DNA of 64,000 nt from Macrostomum hystrix (taxonomy: Eukaryota > Animalia > Platyhelminthes). The DNA is taken from assembly GCA_950097015.1 (NCBI GenBank), contig CATNEN010000001.1, positions 3,100,001-3,164,000 of the forward strand, given 5' to 3'. Made by a program: the position numbers and the translations under genes. The notes beneath the pieces are model-generated. The model did not search any database. It worked only from the letters and a program-made list of their open reading frames with translations, and was not told the DNA's origin. Below are positions 11,601 through 22,600 of the stretch, in pieces (position 1 is the first letter of the stretch; each line of letters opens with the position of its first letter).

Positions 11601-14600
11601 GTTCTGTCACTTGCTGCGCATTATCTGGTACTTGTTCTGACTCTTGCTGCGCATTATCTGGTACTTGTTCTGTCTCTTGCTGCGCATTATCTGGTACTTG
11701 TTCTGACTCTTGCTGCGCATTATCTGGTACTTGTTCTGTCTCTTGCTGCGCATTATCTGGCACTTGTTCTGGCTCTTGCTGCTCATTATCTGGTACTTGT
11801 TCTGTCACTTGCTGCGCATTATCTGGTACTTGTTCTGACTCTTGCTGCGCATTATCTGGCACTTGTTCTGTCACTTGCTGTGCATTATCTGGCACTTGTT
11901 CTGTCTCTTGCTGCGCATTATCTGGTACTTGTTCTGTCACTTGCTGCGCATTTTCTGGCACTTGTTCTGTCACTTGCTGCGCATTATCTGGCACTTGTTC
12001 TGTCACTTGCTGCTCATTATCTGGCACTTGCTCTGTCACTTGCTGCGCATTATCTGGTACTTGTTCTGTCACTTGCTGCGCATTTTCTGGTACTTGTTCT
12101 GTCACTTGCTGCGCATTATCTGGCTCTTGTTCTGTCACTTGCTGCGCATTATCTGGTACTTGTTCTGTCACTTGCTGCGCATTATCTGGCACTTGTTCTG
12201 TCACTTGCTGCGCATTTTCTGGTACTGGTTCTGACTCTTGCTGCGCATTATCTGGCTCTTGTTCTGTCACTTGCTGCGCATTATCTGGCTCTTGTTCTGT
12301 CACTTGCTGCTCATTATCTGGCACTTGTTCTGTCACTTGCTGCGCATTATCTGGCTCTTGTTCTGTCACTTGCTGCTCATTATCTGGCACTTGTTCTGTC
12401 ACTTGCTGCTCATTATCTGGCACTTGTTCTGTCACTTGCTGCTCATTATCTGGCACTTGTTCTGTCACTTGCTGCTCATTATCTGGCACTTGTTCTGTCA
12501 CTTGCTGCGCATTATCTGGCACTTGTTCTGTCACTTGCTGCTCATTATCTGGCACTTGTTCTGTCACTTGCTGCGCATTATCTGGCACTTGTTCTGTCAC
12601 TTGCTGCTCATTATCTGGCACTTGTTCTGTCACTTGCTGCTCATTATCTGGCACTTGTTCTGTCACTTGCTGCTCATTATCTGGTACTTGTTCTGACTCT
12701 TGCTGCTCATTATCTGGCACTTGTTCTGTCTCTTGCTGCTTATTATCTGGCACTTGTTCTGTCACTTGCTGTGCATTATCTGGCACTCTTTCTGTCACTT
12801 GCTGCGCATTATCTGGTACTTGTTCTGACTCTTTCTGCGGATTATCTGGCACTTGTTCTGTCTCTTGCTGCTCATTATCTGGTACTTGTTCTGTCACTTG
12901 CTGCTCATTATCTGGCACTTGTTCTGTCACTTGCTGCGCATTATCTGGCACTCTTTCTGTCACTTGCTGCGCATTATCTGGTACTTGTTCTGACTCTTTC
13001 TGCGGATTATCTGGCACTTGTTCTGTCTCTTGCTGCTCATTATCTGGTACTTGTTCTGTCACTTGCTGCTCATTATCTGGCACTTGTTCTGTCACTTGCT
13101 GCTCATTATCTGGTACTTGTTCTGTCACTTGCTGTGCATTATCTGGCACTCTTTCTGTCACTTGCTGCGCATTATCTGGTACTTGTTCTGTCACTTGCTG
13201 CGCATTATCTGGCACTTGTTCTGTCTCTTGCTGCGCATTATCTGGCACTTGTTCTGTCACTTGCTGCGCATTATCTGGCACTTGTTCTGTCACTTGCTGC
13301 GCATTTTCTGGTACTTGTTCTGTCACTTGCTGCGCATTATCTGGTACTTGTTCTGTCACTTGCTGTGTATTATCTGGCACTTGTTCTGTCACTTGCTGCG
13401 CATTATCTGGTACTTGTTCTGTCACTTGCTGCGCATTATCTGGTACTTGTTCTGACTCTTGCTGTGCATTATCTGGTACTTGTTCTGTCACTTGCTGCGC
13501 ATTATCTGGTACTTGTTCTGACTCTTGCTTCGCATTATCTGGCACTTGTTCTGTCACTTGCTGCGCATTATCTGGCACTTGTTCTGACTCTTGCTGCGCA
13601 TTATCTGGTACTTGTTCTGTCACTTGCTGCGCATTATCTGGCACTTGTTCTGTCACTTGCTGCGCATTATCTGGTACTTGTTCTGACTCTTGCTGCGCAT
13701 TATCTGGCACTTGTTCTGTCACTTGCTGCGCATTATCTGGTACTTGTTCTGACTCTTGCTGCTCATTATCTGGCACTTGTTCTGTCACTTGCTGCTCATT
13801 ATCTGGCTCTTGTTCTGTCACTTGCTGCTCATTATCTGGCACTTGTTCTGTCTCTTGCTGCGCATAATCTGGCACTTGTTCTGTCACTTGCTGCGCATTA
13901 TCTGGCACTTGTTCTGTCATTTGCTGCTCATTATCTGGCTCTTGTTCTGTCACTTGCTGCGCATTATCTGGCACTTGTTCTGTCACTTGCTGCTCATTAT
14001 CTGGCTCTTGTTCTGTCATTTGCTGCTCATTATCTGGCACTTGTTCTGTCACTTGCTGCGCATTATCTGGCACTTGTTCTGTCTCTTGCTGCGCATTGTC
14101 TGGCACTTGTTCTGTCACTTGCTGCGTATTATCTGGTACTTGTTCTGACTCTTGCTGCTCATTATCTGGCACTTGTTCTGTCACTTGCTGCTCATTATCT
14201 GGCTCTTGTTCTGTCACTTGCTGCTCATTATCTGGTACTTGTTCTGTCTCTTGCTGCGCATTATCTGGCACTTGTTCTGTCACTTGCTGCGCATTATCTG
14301 GCTCTTGTTCTGTCATTTGCTGCTCATTATCTGGCACTTGCTCTGTCACTTGCTGCGCATTATCTGGCACTTGTTCTGTCTCTTGCTGCGCATTATCTGG
14401 CACTTGTTCTGTCACTTGCTGCGCATTATCTGGTACTTGTTCTGACTCTTGCTGCTCATTATCTGGCACTTGTTCTGTCACTTGCTGCTCATTATCTGGC
14501 TCTTGTTCTGTCACTTGCTGCGCATTTTCTGGCACTTGTTCTGTCCCTTGCTGCTCATTATCTGGCACTTGTTCTGTCTCTTGCTGCGCATAATCTGGCA

Positions 14601-15351
14601 CTTGTTCTGTCACTTGCTGCGCATTATCTGGCTCTTGTTCTGTCATTTGCTGCTCATTATCTGGCACTTGTTCTGTCACTTGCTGCGCATAATCTGGCAC
14701 TTGTTCTGTCACTTGCTGCGCATTATCTGGCTCTTGTTCTGTCATTTGCTGCTCATTATCTGGCACTTGTTCTGTCTCTTGCTGCGCATTATCTGGCACT
14801 TGTTCTGTCTCTTGCTGCGCATTATCTGGCACTTGTTCTGTCACTTGCTGCGCATTATCTGGCACTTGTTCTGTCTCTTGCTGCGCATTATCTGTCACTT
14901 GTTCTGTCCCTTGCTGCGCATTATCTGGCACTTGTTCTGTCTCTTGCTGCGCATTATCTGGTACTTGTTCTGTCTCTTGCTGCGCATTATCTGTCACTTG
15001 TTCTGTCACTTGCTGCGCATTTTTTTCGGCATGACTTTGTGTCACTTTGCTTTGCAGAGGTTTGATTTCTGCACCGTTTGGATCGTCATTTCTGAGGCAA
15101 GTTAGATAAAGAATGTATAAGTTAAAGACAATATCTGTTGGTTTTAGTTTTTCAATGTAAATTGCTGGGGAATGAATGGAATACGAGGAGACATTGCTTT
15201 CTGATGCGCCTTGTTTTGATGATTCAATTGGGATTAATGAATTGGAATCTTGCAAACGGTCTGTTGATTTTGTACCTGACCGACTCGCTTGTGATTCGTA
15301 CAAGTATTCATTCGTTATTTTCCGTAAATTGCAACTTTTGATCGAAGACAT
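5635..15351 (-). CDS. Paralogue B: 11-aa repeat + ankyrin + Mab-21/cGAS-like NTase + ankyrin + caspase fusion (~2610 aa); exons 15351-10853, 10270-9921, 9462-8055, 7922-7532, 7274-6991, 6535-5635
   Basis: All five introns are GT-AG with matching phases (2,1,2,0,2). Exons total 7833 nt, divisible by 3. Motifs: ankyrin (GNTPLMLAA, QTPLMLAAQSGH, GNTPLIWAARNG); NTase (IGSYAEGWG...SNIDW); Mab-21 C-lobe (LRLSTSLLEK, LKTYHAKT, MPSFLLP); caspase (AIVINN, RLGAERD, IMSHGE, KPKVFIIQACRH). The 5' end and a possible extra small intron in exon 1 are uncertain. Confidence 0.85.
6593..6685 (-). mobile_element. 5' fragment of SINE family A in the last intron (duplicated at 20566-20658)
   Basis: Reverse complement matches the tRNA head through CCTTTAGCAA. 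Confidence 0.65.
7415..7510. mobile_element. Degraded relative of the 805-1043 MITE (duplicated at ~21388-21482)
   Basis: TTCACAAACTCGAAAT...TGAAATTTCGGGCTTGTGAAACGTCCC matches the MITE TIRs. Confidence 0.5.
9590..9870 (+). mobile_element. tRNA-derived SINE family B (duplicated at ~23569-23835)
   Basis: B-box-like GAGCTCGAATCC; shared blocks GCGCAGCCGCGGAGAGAAGGCTTGGGGG, CTGCCTGACGATG...AGGGCAGATGTACACAC and TGTCACCAAATGA with the copies at 10.4 and 54.6 kb. Confidence 0.7.
10361..10690 (+). mobile_element. tRNA-derived SINE family B with two strong internal hairpins (duplicated at ~24349-24675)
   Basis: tRNA-like head GGCGGTGCGGTTAACGCGTCTGCCTCTC...GAGCCCGATTTC; hairpins at 10529-10571 and 10624-10660. 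Confidence 0.7.
11312..15020 (-). repeat. Coding 33-bp tandem repeat, ~112 units of EQVPDN(A/E)QQ(VT/ES/ET)
   Basis: Uninterrupted within ORF 10849..15447. Confidence 0.95.
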
Positions 15352-16189
15352 TCTATTTTCAATTGCTTCTTTGACACCTATCCAATCAGAACTTTTCTGT
15401 TTCACCGAAACGATTTCGCTGCAAGAGAAATGAATTAAAGGAAACACGTTATTTTAGAATTTGCTACCTCGGTTTTATAAACTTCTGTTGCAAACCAAAT
15501 TTTAACTTAAAAAAGTATTATTTTAACATTTTTAAGAAAAAAACGCAAAGCAAGAAGGATAAAGGAAGTAGACTCACTTTCATGGGGTCATTTCGTTGCG
15601 ACTCAAAGTTTACTTAAATGATGATTTAGGTGATTATTTGTTTGACAAGTTAATATGCTACTTGACGCGTCATGAGCAGTACAATAAAAGTTCCTTTTTC
15701 TAGTAAGCTTATGACTAGTTCGCGCGGGCTGCACTAACTGGCGTTTGTGTACGCTGCCCACCCCTGCCCCCCCCCCCGCGGCTTCCCCCCACCCCCGGTG
15801 TTCGGGGTGGGCTGCGTGGCGGGGGGTTTTTATGCTCCGAGGTAGGCTCTATGGCCTCGCTGTTGCTTGGCAATTGAAATTGCGTGTGGGTAGGAGACAG
15901 ACAATGCTGAGGAATGTGTAGTATATGTAGCTTGTATCTTCTCATACGTGACTGTACAACATTCGTATGTACAGTGTACTTTACATGCAGGCACAAACCA
16001 AGCAGCCTGCGTACTGTAAAATAAATTTAATCAACAAAATGTAAAATGTAAGTGTACAACTATCGTACAGCCGAAGTGTAAGGGGTAAGGTAGAAAAATT
16101 GCTTAGCAACCGCGAGAAAAATTAAGTACTGCAATTTTTAGGAATGCAGCGACACCCTACTGTCCTACACCCTACACCCTACAGCGACA

Positions 16190-18590
16190 CTGTGCTACCA
16201 CCCTACTCTCTGTGCTACCACCCTACTCTCTGTGCTACCACCCTACTGTCTCTGCTACCACCCTACTCTCTGTGCTACCACCCTACTGTCTCTGCTACCA
16301 CCCTACTGTCTGTGCTACCACCCTACTGTCTCTGCTACCACCCTACTGTCTCTGCTACCACCCTACTGTCTCTGCTACCACCCTACTGTCTCTGCTACCA
16401 CCCTACTGTCTCTGCTACCACCCTACTCTCTGTGCTACCACCCTACTCTCTGTGCTACCACCCTACTGTCTCTGCTACCACCCTACTGTCTCTGCTACCA
16501 CCCTACTGTCTCTGCTACCACCCTACTGTCTCTGCTACCACCCTACTCTCTCTGCTACCACCCTACTGTCTGTGCTACCACCCTACTGTCTCTGCTACCA
16601 CCCTACTGTCTCTGCTACCACCCTACTGTCTCTGCTACCACCCTACTGTCTCTGCTACCACCCTACTCTCTGTGCTACCACCCTACCGTCTCTGCTACCA
16701 CCCTACTGTCTCTGCTACCACCCTACTGTCTGTGCTACCACCCTACCGTCTCTGCTACCACCCTACTGTCTCTGCTACCACCCTACTGTCTCTGCTACCA
16801 CCCTACTGTATCTGCTACCACCCTACCGTCTCTGCTACCACCCTACTGTCTGTGCTACCACCCTACTGTCTCTGCTACCACCCTACTGTCTGTGCTACCT
16901 ATAAATTAAATATAAGTGTACAACGATCGTACAGCCGGAGTGTAAGGGGTAAGGTAGAAAAATTGCTTAGCAACTTCGAGAAAAATTAAGTACTGCAATT
17001 TTTAGGAATGCAGCGACACCCTACTGTCCTACACCCTACACCCTACAGCGACACTGTGCTACCACCCTACTGTCTGTGCTACCACCCTACCGTCTCTGCT
17101 ACCGCCCTACCGTCTCTGCTACCACCCTACTGTCTCTGCTACCACCCTACTGTCTCTGCTACCACCCTACTGTATCTGCTACCACCCTACCGTCTCTGCT
17201 ACCACCCTACCGTCTCTGCTACCACCCTACTGTCTGTGCTACCACCCTACTGTCTCTGCTGCCACCCTACTGTTTCTGCTACCACCCTACTATCTCTGCT
17301 ACCACCCTACTGTCTCTGCTACCACCCTACTGTCTCTGCTACCACCCTACTGTATCTGCTACCACCCTACCGTCTCTGCTACCACCCTACCGTCTCTGCT
17401 ACCACCCTACTGTCTGTGCTACCACCCTACTGTCTCTGCTGCCACCCTACTGTTTCTGCTACCACCCTACTATCTCTGCTACCACCCTACTGTCTCTGCT
17501 ACCATCCTACTGTCCTACACCCTACACCCTACAGCGACACTGTGCTACCACCCTACTGTCTGTGCTACCACCCTACCGTCTCTGCTACCACCCTACCGTC
17601 TCTGCTACCCCCCTACTGTCTCTGTTACCGCCCTACCGTCTCTGCTACCACCCTACTGTCTCTGCTACCACCCTACTGTCTGTGCTACCACCCTACTGTC
17701 TCTGCTACCACCCTACTGTCTCTGCTACCACCCTACTGTCTCTGCTACCACCCTACTGTCTCTGCTAACACCCTACTGTCCTACACCCTACACCCTACAG
17801 CGACACTGTGCTACCACCCTACTGTCTGTGCTACCACCCTACCGTCTCTGCTACCACCCTACCGTCTCTGCTACCCCCCTACTGTCTCTGTTACCGCCCT
17901 ACCGTCTCTGCTACCACCCTACTGTCTCTGCTACCACCCTACTGTCTGTGCTACCACCCTACTGTCTCTGCTACCACCCTACTGTCTCTGCTACCACCCT
18001 ACTGTCTCTGCTACCACCCTACTGTATCTGCTACCACCCTACCGTCTCTGCTACCACCCTACTGTATCTGCTACCACCCTACCGTCTCTGCTACCACCCT
18101 ACTGTCTGTGCTACCACCCTACTGTCTCTGCTACCACCCTACTGTCTGTGCTACCATCCTACTCTCTGCTACCACCCTACTGTCTCTGCTACCACCCTAC
18201 TGTCTCTGCTACCACCCTACTGTCTCTGCTACCACCCTACTGTCTCTGCTACCACCCTAATGTCTCTGCTACCACCCTACTGTCTCTGCTACCACCCTAC
18301 TGTCTCTGCTACCACCCTACTGTCTCTGCTACCACCCTAATGTCTCTGCTACCACCCTACCGTCTCTGCTACCACCCTACTGTATCTGCTACCACCCTAC
18401 CGTCTCTGCTACCACCCTACTGTCTGTGCTACCACCCTACTGTCTCTGCTACCACCCTACTGTCTGTGCTACCATCCTACTCTCTGCTACCACCCTACTG
18501 TCTCTGCTACCACCCTACTGTCTCTGCTACCACCCTACTGTCTCTGCTACCACCCTACTGTCTCTGCTACCACCCTACCGTCTCTGCTTC
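16190..18590. repeat. 20-bp minisatellite (same unit as 3190-4612), expanded, with an internal re-duplication of its unique left flank (~16900-17050)
   Basis: Tandem array. The flank AAGTGTACAAC...GGAATGCAGCGACACC occurs at both ~16050 and ~16915. Confidence 0.95.
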
Positions 18591-19607
18591 CGCTGAAAAT
18601 TTGCACCCTTGTAAAAGCACAGAATTCTGTGTACTACTAAATAAATTAATCCAAGCAGTTTAGGAACTGCTGTTGACAATATTTTCGGATATGAAAACTT
18701 TAAGAGGACAAACCGAAAGTAGTTCGTGACGTATAATTTTACGAGTTATTTTTCAAAATAACAAGGAACAGTATTTATTTGATATTGTTTTTAAACACGA
18801 GTAACTTTTTTCACTAAATAAGTTTTTTTTGGTCTGCATATCATTCTCCTCATATTAAGCAAAATGCTTTAGTTTTTACCTTTTGTTTTAACGCTTTACC
18901 TAAGGCACAAGGGTACAAATTGAATTTTAAAAAACAAGTGAGAAATACATGCAATTAGCATTGATTAAAAAAAAGCTCACAAATTTCAGTCCAGCACTAT
19001 TTAATGCATTAGCTTGATAAAGTATTGTTGCTTCAAGAGTATCGGTCAAATTACAATATAATATGCGCACATTCATTTAAAATGGCTGGAAAACGATAAG
19101 CTAAAATATAATCATTTAGATACGTCTTTGACGTTAGTCTGAGTGACAGTATTTGGAAGCTACGCTTGTAAGTTCTTAAAATTTCCCCTTCCCTTAAAGC
19201 TAAATCTCACAACGGTAGAAACACCACGTGGAGCATTTTAATTGATTTTTTTTCCGTTATCCGTTGGATAATTGATTTAATAGTCAATTATTCTATTAGT
19301 AAACCAAAAAGGATTTGCCATAGAGGTTTGTACGGAGCAATGTTAGTGGTCCTTGTCGACAGGGTCTCCTACAATGATCGCTAAACATCTCATCGATGCT
19401 TTGAAGGTTCATTCATCGTCAAGGGCTGAAAACTTTGATCTATATAATGCACTCTCACGAAAATTGGTTTGGCTATCGTGAAAAAGGCAGTGGGTATGTG
19501 AAACACCCACGTGGTCGTTATTTACCCAGGGGGAGAGTAACTTTTTACTGTTATTGTAATTGTACTAACTCATTTCGTCGCTTTCTGCAATCTGTTAGCT
19601 AGGCGTC

Positions 19608-22600
19608 TTACTCTTTCGGAAAGATGAGAGGCTTCTTCAATGTTGATTGGTAGCACGGTATTTGCTTATTGTCAGTCTCTACACTGACTGTAGAAGTCAC
19701 CACAGGTAGCAGTTGAGTGAACTCGGGCGGAGCAGCACTGCCGTCATCGTAGGCTCCTAGAATCGACCTCTTCAGCGCCTGAATGAACACAGCGCCAGTC
19801 TGAATGTCTCTTTCAGACTTGTCACCCTGAGTAACACTGTAGATATACAGCGAGTCCTCATTCAGGAGTGCATTTTCTAGTCCGGGACATGCCGGCAGAA
19901 TCATTTCGGCTGGGATGTGTCGACAAGCTTGAATAATGAAAACCTTCGGCTTGCCAAGGAGTGACGGATCCAAGCGAACTCTAGTAAACAACGTTTTCAG
20001 GCAAATTTTAGCAAGATCCGTTGAATACACAGAGTCAAATTCGCCGTGGGACATAATGCACAGTAGGAATGCTGCACATTCTTTATATTTGTCCCGTGTA
20101 AACTCGCCAGTCTCCGGAAGTCGGTGAAAAAAGTGTTCCGTCACATTTTCATACACTCTGTAGTCGAAGCCCAATTTTTCCAAGCAGTCTGGCAAGCAGT
20201 CCTGGGCCGAGTCTCTCTCAGCTCCTAAGCGAGTCGGCTGTCGTCTGGGGTCATCAAAGTCTATGTTGTTAATCACTATTGCTAAGCGAGTCAAACGATT
20301 GCCAACATCGTAGCGTATCTCTTGAGCGCCTTGCCCTCCATGAGCTGCACTGGAACCACCTTCATCGACTCCTGAACCGCCAGCTGAAGGCCCAGAAGAT
20401 CCGCTGCGAGAATTTCCAGAACTATTGCCTCCAGCTGAACTGCCATGATCTTCTTGCGGCTCAGGAACGCTTTGGCTAGCAGATGTCTGATTGGCTAGCC
20501 TTCTGATGCTAAAAATAGAATGAAATTAGTAGATGACACTGCATAGTCTCATTAGAGAGTCAAGAGTGTTGCTAAAGGACGCAAATTTACACTGGAGTAG
20601 GGAATCAAACCCCCGACCTTAAGGTCGTGAAGCGACGCTCGAACCAAAAGGCTACAAGAGGTAAATAGGAGACGCGATTTTCAGTAAAGAGAGACAGACC
20701 TATAGACAGGCAATCTGGTCAGACAGTCATTCTGTCAGTCTGACAACAACAGTCCTGACACCAATGTTAATGTTGGGTAGGTTCACGGTCTCAATATTTT
20801 CTCTCCTAAATTTATTTTTGTGCTCACACTCACTACTCTTAACAATACAATTTTTACTCTCCCTAATGGCAAATTCTTATTAACAAATAATATTATTATA
20901 TAGTATATTATATACTAGCGGCGTGAGCACACCATAACAAAAGTGTGTGATATTTAAACTCACCAATCTCTGATGAAATCCGCGCACTCAAAATGCTTGC
21001 CGCATTCCGCCCACTGCAAGCAGGTGCGCCTGTACTCCCCGACAATTTCCCACTCCTGCAAGCTATCAATCTTCTTGCTCAGAACTCTCAGCACTTCCAG
21101 TTGGCCATTTCTAGCCGCCCAGATGAGCGGCGTATTGCCAAAGCGGTCAGCGTGGTCTGCGTTGCAGCCGGCACGCAGCAAAACTTCAGCAACGCCTGCG
21201 AAGCCGCATTTTGACGCGTGAGTCAAAGCCGTGCAGAGCAGTCGATCCTACGAGGTAATGTTCACAAATATAATTAAGTTACACTTGCTACGGAGTATTA
21301 CGTCTTCGTAACTTCAAATGGGCGCTCTCTCAAAGCCAAGTTTTTTAACTTGAAATAAAAAACGTTGAATTACAAACGCTGGTATACAAGACTTCACAAA
21401 CTCGAAATGTAATTAGACGTTGAGAACTTTCTGGTTCATGAAACTTTGACGATATGAAATTTCGGGCTTGTGAAACGTCCCTTTCAAATGAGTCCAAACT
21501 CACCTGAAGATTATAATCGGCGTTCATTTCAAGCAAAGCCACAGCCACGTCGACGTGTCCGCTCTGTGCCGCAAGCATCAACGGTGTCTGCTTCATGTTG
21601 TCAGGTCTGTTTACTTCGAGCGAAAGATTTTCAGTGGAAATATTTTCACAAATGACCTTCACAACTTTCAGGTGGCCTTGTAGGCTAGCCCAGGAGAGAG
21701 CTGACCTGCCAAGGACGTCACAAATGGTACTCGAATTCGGTTGCTTTTTCATCAGCTCTGCTACCAGGTCGGTTCTGTTTTTCTTGGCTGAGAGGATAAG
21801 TAGCGTCTCCTTCGCTGGTGGCAGCTGCTTGCATAGATCTCTTGAGATCTTCACATTACTCTCAAGCTCCTCATTGGTCCATTGGTCTGGGTACCTGGGA
21901 AATTAATAAACATTTCAAGTGAAATTTTAGTGCAGTCGAGCTTAACTACAATCTTGAAGAGACAGGGTTCTGATTACCGATTGACGTATTTTAGTAAACC
22001 GCAAGTTTTGGAAATACATCACTTACCTTTCTTTGGGTACAAATAAGAACTCGCTGGCAAAGATCTCTTTGAGTCTCTCTCTGAGCTGCTTAATTGTTTC
22101 GCGGTCTCTAGTGTCGTACGCGAAGCGATTTTTATTCACGATGGCTTCCATTTTGGCTAAACAGAACTGTACTTGCTTTCCAGAGTTGCTGTAGTGACAC
22201 ACTGTGGTCAGCTCTTCAAAGTCTGGGTCTTCTTGCAGCTGCTCAAACCACGAGTCGGTATCTTTAACTCTCAAGAGTTCTGCTTGGAGACTCCAAGATA
22301 GGCAGCAAAAGTTCACAAGAAGATAAAAGTCACCTGTAATAGACTTTCTGACAACAAGCAACTTCCTGGTGAATTCAGGCATGAACGAAAAGTCTGAATG
22401 ATTCCGATTCAATGGGAAACAAAATCTCCAAGCCCAGTCTGAGTTCACTGGACTTTCAAAAATTCTTTCCATGAGCTTGATTTGGCGCGGCTCCCAACTT
22501 CTCATCACCCTGTGGTGAGAGAGTGGCCCGAGCACTTCTGTTGCCCTTGAAAGGTTTCCGTTTTTCAAGTGCACCAAAGCAGTCATACAGAGAATTGTGG

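Noticed and set aside
11842-15105. Hydrophobic + strand ORFs LAAHYLALVLS (also 25931-28584)
   Set aside because: Antisense shadow of the coding 33-bp repeat. The minus frame is the one continuous with the ankyrin domain.
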